64,000 nucleotides of DNA from NCBI GenBank assembly GCA_035381305.1, contig DAOSYK010000001.1:175218-239217 (forward strand). Direction: 5' to 3'. This document shows, piece after piece, positions 55,654-64,000 of this stretch (its first letter is position 1; each line of letters opens with the position of its first letter). The position numbers and the translations under genes are program-made. This DNA is from Clostridia bacterium. Lineage in GTDB: Bacteria; Bacillota; Clostridia; Christensenellales; DTU072. A model generated the notes under the pieces. It did no database searches. It was not told where the DNA came from and worked only from the letters and a program-made list of their open reading frames with translations.

Positions 55654-55719
55654 AAGGGATTTATCTGTATCTATAGATACAAATAAGCATATTTTGTCTG
55701 TTCATTGTCGATATTTGTC

Positions 55720-55750
55720 AAACCACTGATACGTTTTTCAGTGGTTTTTT
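55720..55750 (+). terminator. Rho-independent terminator after folT
   Basis: AACCACTGA-N8-TCAGTGGTT followed by a T-run. Confidence 0.8.
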
Positions 55751-55841
55751 AGCAAAAATATAAGAAATTTGCTATTGAAATAATAATAAGTGTGTTATAC
55801 TTTAACTAAATAATTATGCAATCACGGAGATTTACGCTCTT

Positions 55842-58724
55842 ATGATATATAACTTCATAAATTCTATCGGCAACGACCCTTCCCTCGTTGACAGCGGAAG
55901 GCTTGCTCCACATACATATTTTGTACCTTTTTCCAGCCGCAGAGCGGCCGAAAATGCGCCCTTATTCAAAGCAAGATTTTTGAGTGACAGGGTGCGTGTT
56001 TTGTCGGGAAACTGGGATTTTAAGTATTATTCCGACCAAATTCCTTCCAGTATCGACACGAACAATCTCATGTTCGACGCCATTTTTGTACCGTCCACAT
56101 GGGAAAGCGAGGGGTTTGAGGAATTCCGGTATCTCAGCGATTATCCCTTCAAACTGTCAAAAGGTGTGCCTTCTTCAAGCATGGGCATTTACCGAAGGTT
56201 TTTCGAAATCAGCGATCTTGACAAGAAATACGTCCTGTCCTTTCTTAAGGTGTGCGGCGAGTTTGAAGTCTATGTAAACGGAACGCTTGTAGGTTACTCG
56301 AAGATTTCCCAGGCTGACTTTGAAATTACTCCCATGCTGACTATCGGCAGAAATGAGCTTGTAGTCGTTGTACGTCGCTGGAGCGACGCCCATCTCCTCT
56401 ACGGAAGGGAAAGATTTTCCATGACGGGAATTGCGGGCGACGTTTTGCTGTATATTCACAACAAGGGTAGCATTATCGATTATTCGGTCAATTTCGAGCG
56501 CGCCGAGAACGAGATTAAAGTAAATCTCGCGCTTCTTCTCGAAGGCGTATGCGACAGCATTCGCATCTCTCTCGAAAAGGACGGCGAACAGCTTTACGAA
56601 ACTTCCGAAAAGCCCGAAAAAGACGTGCTCGAAGTGGAATTTGCGGGTGATTTCAAACTGTACAACCCCGAAGAGCCCTATCTCTACGACTTGTTTATCA
56701 CGGCGATAGACGAAGAGGGCTACACACTCGAGTGCGTAAAAACGAAAGTAGGCTTCAAAGAGCCTGCAATAAACGGCTCCTTTACCTACAACGGGAAACA
56801 GGTCAAACTAAAGGGCATTAATTATTCCTGCCAGTACAATTCTTTGGGCAAAGTGCTCACCGCCGACGACTTTCTGGTGGACTTGAAGCTTATTAAGGAA
56901 CACAACCTCAACGCAATTAAGCTCAACGTAAACGTCGATCCCGTTTTCTACGAGATGTGCGACGAACTCGGCATTTATCTTGTTAAAAACTCTGCACTCG
57001 ATCTTGGATTTGCGCGCAAAAACAAGAAGATAAAAGCGCTTTACCGCAAAAACCTCGAAGCACTGGCAAAGAGCGTTGCGGCAAGCGAAATCGGCATTGT
57101 TTCCAACAAGGCGTGCTTTACGATGTTTACTTTCGGTAGCGAGGGATACAACCCGATTACCGAGTCGGCAATCGACTATGTGAAATCGGCGACAAAAGCC
57201 CCCGTCATTTATAATGACGAAGAAAGTCCCGCCATGCCCCTTTTCAATCCCGGCGTGTCCGAACTTCTCGACGCCATTAACAGCATTGAGAACAAAGCAA
57301 TAATTTTGAGCGAGTTTGCCAGGTCCAACGGCATTGGCTGCGCCACACTAAAAGAGCTTGACGAAATAATAGAAAATGCCCCTTCCTGCATGGGCGGCTT
57401 TATCAGCGAATTTACCGACAGGTACATCCTTGGCAAAGGCTACGACGACTGCGGAATCTTCACTGTCGATCGTAAGCCCTACAGCGGCGCCGAAAACGTG
57501 AAATACGTCTACAGACCTCTCCGCTCCCGCTTGATAAGCAGCGATAAGCTTGAAGTGACCAACACAAATTATTTCAAGTCAAATGTCGATACCGACCTGT
57601 ATCTTGTAATGCAGCGCAACGGCAGAGAAATCTCACGTACCAAACTTGATGTGGTCATCGAGCCCAGGCAGAGCAGGATTTTCGACGTCGCACTCGGACA
57701 CCTTGAAGGTGACATGTACCTCAACGTCGTTTGCGTCGACAACACCACCGGCGAAGCCATTAGTCGCGAGCAGCTTCCCGTCAGCTATGAGCTTACCGAA
57801 TTCAATCCCGCAGGCGGAAAGCATCTGTCTGTCACTGAAGTAGGCGATAACGTAACGGTTCGCTTTGACGGCGGCTTTGTGCGCGTTAGCAAAGAGCTCG
57901 GGACCATCGTCGGGTACAACGTCATGGGCAAGGAGCTACTTAAGGCCGATCCCAAACGCCTCGGCGGAAACTGCTTTAACACCAACATTTACCGCCCGTT
58001 CATAAGGAACATGAACTCCTGTCCCGAATACTTCGTCCACGTTCAGGACTTCAACTATAAGACCGTCACCGAGGGTGATAAGCCCGTGGCGGTTGAAGTT
58101 CAGGCCGAAACGATTTACAAACTTAAGAACAAAGAGGCGTTTATCATTCAGGATATGTATCGCATCATTGCAAACGGCATGATCGAAGTGTTCAGCGTGA
58201 TAACTCCCTTAAAGCGCAATCTGCCCAATATCGACTGCTTCGGTAAACAGATAAAGATGCCCAACTCTTTCGGCAACATCACCTATTACGGGAGAGGCGA
58301 AAAGGACAACTACATCGACATGTACGAATACGCTCCCATGGGACTCTATTCCGACAGCGTCGATAAGGTCGCGGAAGATTATGCCATAGCGCAGGAGAGC
58401 GGCAACCACACCAACGTCCACTTTGTCACCATCACCGACAATGACAAAAATGGTCTTATGATAATCGCGAGGAAAAATCCCTTCCACCTGAGGGTGAAAC
58501 CATACAGCGATTCCGAAATAAGGCGCTGTTACTGTGAAAGGAACAACAATTACGCCCAGAGCGGCACCTATATTGACATAAACGCCTTTGTCAGCGGCAT
58601 AGGAAACACCGAAAACGGCTTGCCCATCGCAAAATACCTTGTCAAGCCTTCGGAATACGCGCTCCAGTTTGCCGTTGTGCCTCTCTACAGAGAAAACAGC
58701 TACGACAAGGCGATGAAACAGTAA
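55842..58724 (+). CDS. GH2 family LacZ-like protein (five-domain beta-galactosidase architecture, divergent active site)
   Basis: 960 aa. N-terminal sugar-binding domain (LSGNWDFKY...VPSTWESEG), TIM-barrel region (ILSEFARSNGIG aligned with ILCEYAHAMGN) and a C-terminal Bgal_small_N-like domain (ESGNHTNV...). Several canonical LacZ positions are substituted. Confidence 0.65.
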   Translation: MIYNFINSIGNDPSLVDSGRLAPHTYFVPFSSRRAAENAPLFKARFLSDRVRVLSGNWDFKYYSDQIPSSIDTNNLMFDAIFVPSTWESEGFEEFRYLSDYPFKLSKGVPSSSMGIYRRFFEISDLDKKYVLSFLKVCGEFEVYVNGTLVGYSKISQADFEITPMLTIGRNELVVVVRRWSDAHLLYGRERFSMTGIAGDVLLYIHNKGSIIDYSVNFERAENEIKVNLALLLEGVCDSIRISLEKDGEQLYETSEKPEKDVLEVEFAGDFKLYNPEEPYLYDLFITAIDEEGYTLECVKTKVGFKEPAINGSFTYNGKQVKLKGINYSCQYNSLGKVLTADDFLVDLKLIKEHNLNAIKLNVNVDPVFYEMCDELGIYLVKNSALDLGFARKNKKIKALYRKNLEALAKSVAASEIGIVSNKACFTMFTFGSEGYNPITESAIDYVKSATKAPVIYNDEESPAMPLFNPGVSELLDAINSIENKAIILSEFARSNGIGCATLKELDEIIENAPSCMGGFISEFTDRYILGKGYDDCGIFTVDRKPYSGAENVKYVYRPLRSRLISSDKLEVTNTNYFKSNVDTDLYLVMQRNGREISRTKLDVVIEPRQSRIFDVALGHLEGDMYLNVVCVDNTTGEAISREQLPVSYELTEFNPAGGKHLSVTEVGDNVTVRFDGGFVRVSKELGTIVGYNVMGKELLKADPKRLGGNCFNTNIYRPFIRNMNSCPEYFVHVQDFNYKTVTEGDKPVAVEVQAETIYKLKNKEAFIIQDMYRIIANGMIEVFSVITPLKRNLPNIDCFGKQIKMPNSFGNITYYGRGEKDNYIDMYEYAPMGLYSDSVDKVAEDYAIAQESGNHTNVHFVTITDNDKNGLMIIARKNPFHLRVKPYSDSEIRRCYCERNNNYAQSGTYIDINAFVSGIGNTENGLPIAKYLVKPSEYALQFAVVPLYRENSYDKAMKQ

Positions 58725-58740
58725 TAACAAAAATTACACC

Positions 58741-58768
58741 AAAAGGCAGCCGACGGGCTGCCTTTTTT
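58741..58768 (+). terminator. Rho-independent terminator after the GH2 gene
   Basis: GGCAGCC-GACG-GGCTGCC followed by T6. Confidence 0.85.
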
Positions 58769-58781
58769 CATGCCCTTATCG

Positions 58782-58810
58782 TTTACAAAATATATATTTT
58801 ATACTATAAT
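58782..58810 (+). promoter_or_regulatory. Promoter TTTACA-17-TATAAT placed 7 nt before the MFS ATG (leaderless candidate)
   Basis: TTTACA at 58782-58787, TATAAT at 58805-58810, ATG at 58818, and no SD sequence in between. Confidence 0.45.
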
Positions 58811-58817
58811 TATCCAC

Positions 58818-59993
58818 ATGTATTCACTGTTACTCGCGCTTATATATCTTGCGTTTATCAGTCTTGGACTGCCCGATTCCTTGCTGGGTTCGGCGTGGCC
58901 CGTCATGCAGCCGCAACTGGGCGTCCCGATGTCGTATGCGGGCATAATCACCATGATTGTGTCCATGGGAACGATAATCTCCAGCCTTATGTCGGACAGG
59001 CTGACCAAGAAACTGGGCGCGGGGCTTGTTACCGCAGTAAGCGTGTGTCTGACGGCAGTTGCGCTTCTCGGTTTTTCCCTTTCTTCAAAATACTGGATGC
59101 TTTGCTTGTGGGCGATACCTTACGGATTGGGCGCGGGCGGAGTGGACGCCGCTCTCAACAATTATGTCGCTCTGCATTACGCTTCCCGCCATATGAACTG
59201 GCTTCACTGTTTCTGGGGCGTGGGCGCGCTGATAAGCCCTTACATTATGTCTTATGCCTTGACAAACGGCATGGGCTGGAACAACGGCTACAGAATAGTC
59301 TTCTACATCCAGATCGCGCTGAGCGCGGTGCTCTTTATAAGCCTCCCGATGTGGAAAAGGAAAGGCGGGAACAAAGAGGAAGACCCAGTCAAGGCAAAAC
59401 CTCTGAAAATCAAAGACGCCGTGAGGATAAAAGGCGTTGCGCCCCTGCTTATCACCTTTTTTGCCTATTGCTCTTTGGAGCAGACCACAGGAATATGGGC
59501 AAGCAGTTATCTTGTGAAATTCCGCGGCATTGACGCCAATATCGCAGCCCAGTTTGCCTCGCTGTTCTTTATCGGAATTACGGCAGGACGCGCAATATGC
59601 GGCTTTATCTCCGACAAGGTAGGGGATAAACTGCTTATCCGGGTAGGAATAAGCGTCGTCTTTGTCGGCATTATTCTTATCGCCATACCTGTAAACGCCT
59701 GCGCGCTCGCGGGGCTTGTCACGGTGGGAGTGGGCTGCGCGCCTATTTATCCCGCGGTCATTCACGCGACTCCCAACAATTTCGGCAAGGAAAATTCCCA
59801 GGCGATAATCGGCATTCAGATGGCAAGCGCGTATGTGGGCACAACCTTTATGCCGCTCTTGTTCGGCGTAATTGCCGATAACATCAATATCGGACTTTAT
59901 CCCGTTTATCTCTTTGTTTTGGCTGTCCTTATGATTGTTATGAGTGAAACAGTAAACAGAATTGTTTCCCGAAAGTCAGCGATAGCAGAATAA
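58818..59993 (+). CDS. MFS transporter
   Basis: ~12 TM segments, N-terminus MYSLLLALIYLAFISLGLPDSLLGSAWPVM. The tracked ATG 58770 lies in the upstream terminator T-run and encodes AT-rich junk. Confidence 0.75.
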   Translation: MYSLLLALIYLAFISLGLPDSLLGSAWPVMQPQLGVPMSYAGIITMIVSMGTIISSLMSDRLTKKLGAGLVTAVSVCLTAVALLGFSLSSKYWMLCLWAIPYGLGAGGVDAALNNYVALHYASRHMNWLHCFWGVGALISPYIMSYALTNGMGWNNGYRIVFYIQIALSAVLFISLPMWKRKGGNKEEDPVKAKPLKIKDAVRIKGVAPLLITFFAYCSLEQTTGIWASSYLVKFRGIDANIAAQFASLFFIGITAGRAICGFISDKVGDKLLIRVGISVVFVGIILIAIPVNACALAGLVTVGVGCAPIYPAVIHATPNNFGKENSQAIIGIQMASAYVGTTFMPLLFGVIADNINIGLYPVYLFVLAVLMIVMSETVNRIVSRKSAIAE

Positions 59994-60110
59994 TTATTTA
60001 TTCCCTTTAATACTGTATAAGTCGAGACATCTGTCCAGATTACGGGACAATGTGCGCTTGATTAATTTATACGCAATGATACAATTAAAGAAAAAGGGGG
60101 AGAAATCGTT

Positions 60111-60695
60111 TTGAGAAAAAGAAATATTGCGTTGCTTTTGGTGCTGATTGTTATTTTAGCGTCATGCCTTGCGGCATGTAACAGCCCAAAGCAGATAGAC
60201 GGTTTTTATAAAAAACTTGAAAAAGCCGACAGCGCGACAATGGTTATTGAAATGCAGACTTTCCTCGGCAAATTCTTAATGACCTATAAGACAGAAGGAA
60301 ACAAAACCTATTCTTCGGCATCTTTCGACGAAGACGAGAAATATACCGAAACAGTCGATGGAAAGGTATATGTCTATCAGAAAAATCTTAACGGGCGGTG
60401 GACAAAAACATTGTCAACCGAAGAGGAAGAAGAGGCTGTCCCCGGAATAACCGAACTGTTTAGTTCCGAAAACTATACTTATTCGAAAGATTTGAAGAAA
60501 TTTGTTCTTAAAGAAGGTGTAAATCCGGAATTTTTAGACGGGCTTGTTTCGGACACTTTGACTCTCGAAATTTCAGACGGAATATGCGTTCTGAATGGAG
60601 AAATACAGACCGACGGATTGGGGCTTGTTATGCCTTTCACAATAACCATTAAAGACCTTAACAAGACAGTTGTGACGCTTCCGCAGGTAGCGTGA
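60111..60695 (+). CDS. Lipoprotein of unknown function
   Basis: TTG start behind GGGGGAG. Lipobox ASCLAAC|N. 194 aa with no recognisable motif. Confidence 0.6.
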   Translation: MRKRNIALLLVLIVILASCLAACNSPKQIDGFYKKLEKADSATMVIEMQTFLGKFLMTYKTEGNKTYSSASFDEDEKYTETVDGKVYVYQKNLNGRWTKTLSTEEEEEAVPGITELFSSENYTYSKDLKKFVLKEGVNPEFLDGLVSDTLTLEISDGICVLNGEIQTDGLGLVMPFTITIKDLNKTVVTLPQVA

Positions 60696-60708
60696 TACGG
60701 AGGAAAAC

Positions 60709-61020
60709 ATGACCTATTCTCTTATAATGACCGCGTGCGCGAATAAGGAAGAAGTAAAAGCGATTATTGAGGAGCTTCTCGTAAAGAAACTTGCCGCGTG
60801 CGTGCAGATAAAGGAAGTCGAAAGCTTTTATACATGGAGAGGAAAGGTGGAAAACTCCGCCGAAGTACTCGTCTGCATTAAGACTAAGCACGATTTATAT
60901 AAGGAAGTCGAAAAAACCATACTCGAAAAACACAGCTACGAAACGCCCGAGATTATCGAAATCCCGATAACTGACGGACATCAGAAGTATCTTCATTGGA
61001 TCGACGAAGTTACGAAATAA
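60709..61020 (+). CDS. cutA: Divalent-cation tolerance protein CutA
   Basis: 103 aa. LIMTACANKEEVKAIIEELLVKKLAACVQI...ESFYTWRGKVE...YETPEII. Confidence 0.85.
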   Translation: MTYSLIMTACANKEEVKAIIEELLVKKLAACVQIKEVESFYTWRGKVENSAEVLVCIKTKHDLYKEVEKTILEKHSYETPEIIEIPITDGHQKYLHWIDEVTK

Positions 61021-61054
61021 AGTGTGTCATACATAAAACCTCCTTTACCCTTTG

Positions 61055-61084
61055 AAAAAGCCGCCCCGTCGGGCGGCTTTTTTC
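61055..61084. terminator. Bidirectional terminator between cutA and the vWA gene
   Basis: A5-GCCGCCC-CGTC-GGGCGGC-T6. Confidence 0.85.
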
Positions 61085-61100
61085 TGTGCCGTGAATACTT

Positions 61101-62600
61101 TTATCTCGTTGCAAGTTTTTTCACAAGTTCGCGGAATTCTTCCATGTAGGCATTGTCCGACAAGTCGAGAGCGTCAAGTCTTGTAATTACGCTCTGAATA
61201 TTCGCTTCTCCCTTGTATTGAGAATTGCGCAAGACAAGCGCCGTTTCCACTATCGCCGAGATAAACGCCATATCGCGGGTGGGAGTTTGGAAAACGTTGT
61301 TTTTTCCGCAATCAGCGGTTATTTCGTATTGGGTTGTGTCAGACGCGTCGGGAGATTTATAACGCACGGACGCGGTGAGGAAATCCGCGTCCTCGGCATC
61401 AAGATCGGCGTCCTCGCGGAAAATCACTTCGTAAACGGCTGTGACGGTAAAGCCTGTGCCGATTTCACCTGCGTCGGTATTTGAGTCGTTCCATTCATCC
61501 TCGCTGAGGTGAAGGTTTTCATATCCCAAAAGTCTGTAGTAGTCTACATATTCGGGGTTGAAGTCCACGCGCGCCTTGGCGTCTTTCGCTACGATGTTGA
61601 GCGTGCCGCCAATCTCCTCGACCAGAACTTTGCGCGCTTCGTTTATGCTGTCGATATAGGCAAAGCTTCCATTGCCGTTATTGGCGAGGGTTTCCATTAA
61701 ATCGCTTCTGAGGTTGCCAAAACCAAAGCCGAGCACCGAGAAATACACACCGGTATTTCTCTTATTTGCGATAAAGTCTTTAAGAGCGTCGGTAGAGTTG
61801 ATACCCACGTTAAAGTCGCCGTCGGTCGCGAGGATAACTCTGTTATTGCCGCCCTCGATAAAGTGCCTATTAGCGATTTCGTACGCGGTCTTTATGCCAT
61901 TGGCGCCTGCGGTGGAGCCGCCTGCGCTAAGTTCTTCGATTATGGCGCTTATACGCTCTTTCTCGGAGCCGTTTCCGCCGTCAAGGAGCACTTTGTCGCT
62001 GCCTGCGTAGGTTACGATGGAAACGGTGTCATTTTCGTCGAGGTTTTCGAGAAGGAGCAAAAACGACTGTTTTACAAGGTCAAGTCTGTTGGAACCATAC
62101 ATAGAACCTGATACGTCAAGAAGAAATACAAGGTTGTTTCTGACATCGAAAATTTCGATATCCTTTGCCTTAAGTCCCACGCTGAGAAGATGTGCGTCCC
62201 GGTTCCACGGGCAGGGGAAGAGAGAAGGCGTTACCGAGACCGCGTCGTCTCCCTGCGGGTCGGGGTAGTCGTAGCGGAAATAGTTGACCAGCTGTTCGAT
62301 GTTGACCTGGTCGGGAACAATACATTGATTGTTGTTGATACAATAGCGCAGATTGGAATAAGCCGCCGTGCTTACCGATAGGGCAAACATAGACGAGGGG
62401 GTTTTGCTTGCTTCAACAAACGGATTTTCTGTGATTTCGAGATAAGTATTGTGATTCTCGCCCATTCCGGAATCTCCGAGCAAAGGAACGAATGCATTGC
62501 CTTGGTCGCCGCTAGAGTCTTTTTCATCTGCGCAGGCCGCGAAAGTCACTACTGCCGAGATAATCAATATGACCGTCAATAAGATTTTAAGTTTTTTCAT
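61101..62600 (-). CDS. von Willebrand factor A domain lipoprotein (YfbK-like: vWA N-terminal domain + vWA + DUF3520-like C-terminus)
   Basis: Start at ATG 62600 behind CAGGAGGTGG. Lipobox VTFAAC|A, NIEQLVNYFRYDYPDP, MIDAS motif LLDVSGSM. Confidence 0.8.
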   Translation of the reverse strand: MKKLKILLTVILIISAVVTFAACADEKDSSGDQGNAFVPLLGDSGMGENHNTYLEITENPFVEASKTPSSMFALSVSTAAYSNLRYCINNNQCIVPDQVNIEQLVNYFRYDYPDPQGDDAVSVTPSLFPCPWNRDAHLLSVGLKAKDIEIFDVRNNLVFLLDVSGSMYGSNRLDLVKQSFLLLLENLDENDTVSIVTYAGSDKVLLDGGNGSEKERISAIIEELSAGGSTAGANGIKTAYEIANRHFIEGGNNRVILATDGDFNVGINSTDALKDFIANKRNTGVYFSVLGFGFGNLRSDLMETLANNGNGSFAYIDSINEARKVLVEEIGGTLNIVAKDAKARVDFNPEYVDYYRLLGYENLHLSEDEWNDSNTDAGEIGTGFTVTAVYEVIFREDADLDAEDADFLTASVRYKSPDASDTTQYEITADCGKNNVFQTPTRDMAFISAIVETALVLRNSQYKGEANIQSVITRLDALDLSDNAYMEEFRELVKKLATR

Positions 62601-62667
62601 AATTCCACCTCCTGAATGCGGTTCTGCTATTACAACAACCGTCGCAGGGTATTTGTACGGACAATGA

Positions 62668-63303
62668 TCAGTTTTTTCCAAAATAATATTCGAGCGCACC
62701 GTCGGAAGGGGACATAATCGTAATATAATAATCGCAGTCTTCGCCCTCAAAAAAGCAATAAGAATAATATTCACCTTTTTTATAATCTGTTTTTACTCTT
62801 ACTTTTACGCCGTTGATTTCACGCTCGGGATACCCTTTATATGTTTTATAGTTGCTGAGTCCTTTTCCGAAATCCTGATAAACGACAATGCTGTCGGTTC
62901 CGTGGTCGGTAACGCTGATAATATTAGCCGCAACAACACGGGTTTCGCCGTCTGTGGCTTTGTACTCTTTCTGGAGAATACGCGCATTATCAAAGGTAAA
63001 AGGCGCAGCGGAAGTATTTTCGACTGTCTCGACGCTTTTACTTGTGAGAGAGGATAAAGAATAAGGAGTGATTGTTTGGGTCTGGGGCTGACGCAAGAGA
63101 AGCGCCGCGACAACGCTTAATACGATAATCGCGCAGCAAGCCACCGCGGCGATCCACGCTTTCTTGCGGGGTCGGCGGGTTTCTTCGACATTGCTTTTAA
63201 GGCGCATAACTTCGTACCCTGCGTCGGTGATTACGTCGGGATTGAGGTGAAGGCCGTCAGCAAAGGCATTAAGTTTGTTCTCAATAAATTTATTCTTTTT
63301 CAT
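62668..63303 (-). CDS. Putative anti-sigma factor (single-pass membrane protein)
   Basis: Lies immediately downstream of the ECF sigma gene. A ~50-aa cytoplasmic segment, RRPRKK, TM WIAAVACCAIIVLSVVAALLL, and a ~140-aa external domain. There is no zf-HC2 motif. An alternative TTG start at 63324 abuts the sigma stop. Confidence 0.45.
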   Translation of the reverse strand: MKKNKFIENKLNAFADGLHLNPDVITDAGYEVMRLKSNVEETRRPRKKAWIAAVACCAIIVLSVVAALLLRQPQTQTITPYSLSSLTSKSVETVENTSAAPFTFDNARILQKEYKATDGETRVVAANIISVTDHGTDSIVVYQDFGKGLSNYKTYKGYPEREINGVKVRVKTDYKKGEYYSYCFFEGEDCDYYITIMSPSDGALEYYFGKN

Positions 63304-63324
63304 AATTATCCATATATATAACAA

Positions 63325-63888
63325 TCAATCTTCGCTATCTGTACGGAGAATGCGGAGCAGTTTTTGCTCGGCGCTCTTAATAAGGTCCTGAGCGGTGCTT
63401 TTTTTGAGATTCATATCTTCCGCTATTTCCCTCACAGTCATGTCGTTATAATACTTAAGCCATACGGCGAGCCTTTCTTGAGGCGTCAGGCGGAGCATAG
63501 CTTTTTTTACATCGCTTGACACGCCGTAATCATAATACATGTCATTACCGATACTTAGATCGAAAATGTCGTCGATATTGTCGGCGCGGCGAATTCTTTC
63601 GCTTTTCAACTTGTTTAACGCCGTGTTCTTAACGATTTTGCAGAGCCAGGCGTAGCCGTTGCCGCCCGAAAACTGTTTTGAATATTTAACCGCCTTGATA
63701 AAGCTGTCATGCAACACATCCTCGGCGGAAAACCTGTTGCGCATAATACCGTGAGCGACCGCGAGCAGCCTGCCGCCGACAAGTTTGTAAAGCTCGCTTA
63801 GCGCATTCACGTCGCCATCGGCAATGCGTGCTAAATAAGTATTAACTTTGGATTTATCCTCATCGGAAAGAGCCGCAAATAAAAGCAA
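63325..63888 (-). CDS. ECF-type sigma-70 family RNA polymerase sigma factor
   Basis: Region 2 (LLAVAHGIMRNRFSAEDVLHDSFIK) and region 4 HTH (LTPQERLAVWLKYYNDMTVREIAEDMNLKKSTAQDLI). TTG start behind AGAGGA. Confidence 0.85.
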   Translation of the reverse strand: MLLFAALSDEDKSKVNTYLARIADGDVNALSELYKLVGGRLLAVAHGIMRNRFSAEDVLHDSFIKAVKYSKQFSGGNGYAWLCKIVKNTALNKLKSERIRRADNIDDIFDLSIGNDMYYDYGVSSDVKKAMLRLTPQERLAVWLKYYNDMTVREIAEDMNLKKSTAQDLIKSAEQKLLRILRTDSED

Positions 63889-63970
63889 GAGAATATCCTC
63901 TTTTGATTAATGATTATATTATAAACAATATTCCGCCCGGACTCAAGCCCCGATATAAGTAAAGCGTGGT

Positions 63971-64000
63971 TTGACATGCCCACTGTGAGAGGACTATAAT
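63971..64000 (+). promoter_or_regulatory. Outward-facing promoter at window edge (TTGACA-18-TATAAT)
   Basis: Consensus hexamers at 63971-63976 and 63995-64000. The target gene lies beyond the window. Confidence 0.45.

Noticed and set aside
1-64000. Mobile elements, prophage, defence islands, alternative genetic code or programmed recoding.
   Set aside because: No transposase, integrase, phage structural, restriction-modification, Cas, toxin-antitoxin or other defence-type motifs were recognised. The tRNA genes lack flanking direct repeats. All family-assignable genes are intact under the standard code, with no in-frame stops suggesting UGA/UAG reassignment.

Overview
This is a gene-dense 64-kb chromosomal window, mostly + strand, that reads like a moderate-GC Firmicutes/Clostridia-type genome. 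Supporting signs are an rplU-prp-rpmA operon with an N-terminally extended L27, a SpoVB-like flippase, many lipobox lipoproteins, TTGACA/TATAAT promoters (often TGn-extended) and GGAGG-type RBSs. All calls come from reading the sequence and the ORF translations by eye; no searches, HMMs or folding programs were run.

Content in order:
1. The 3' 4.98 kb of a giant InlB-B-repeat / BspA-LRR surface protein, truncated by the window edge.
2. A housekeeping block (5-30 kb). It holds 8 tRNA genes (Glu; a Gly-Arg-His-Gln-Lys-Leu operon; Ala on the minus strand), GH3, RdgB, TcdA and a MacB-type fused ABC transporter next to an M23 peptidase. It also holds an amino-acid ABC transporter, the L21/Prp/L27 operon, OGG, Ppx/GppA, Maf and a divergent MreB-like gene.
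3. A ~17.5-kb Wzx/Wzy-type polysaccharide locus (30.3-47.8 kb): Wzz-like protein, truncated NeuD/PglD-like acetyltransferase, small phosphoglycosyl transferase, epimerase, one GT4, five GT2, WbsX, Wzy, Wzx, glf, rfbA, a fused rfbC-rfbD and rfbB.
4. A 1,743-aa protein with both a lipobox and a C-terminal TM helix, built from five degenerate CBM-like modules.
5. A SpoVB-like flippase, THF riboswitch-folT, a LacZ-like GH2 with substituted active-site positions, an apparently leaderless MFS gene, CutA, and an ECF sigma / anti-sigma / vWA-lipoprotein operon.

I saw no transposase, integrase, CRISPR, restriction-modification or recognisable defence gene.

The least explained items are:
- the double-anchored multi-CBM-like giant at the 3' flank of the EPS locus;
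- a 44-45-bp tandem repeat array with mutually exclusive hairpins in a divergent promoter region (19.19-19.39 kb);
- the MacB-like/M23 pair;
- the degenerate GH2;
- an orphan FliB-like Cys-rich protein.

None of these can be asserted as a new system without database and structure searches.
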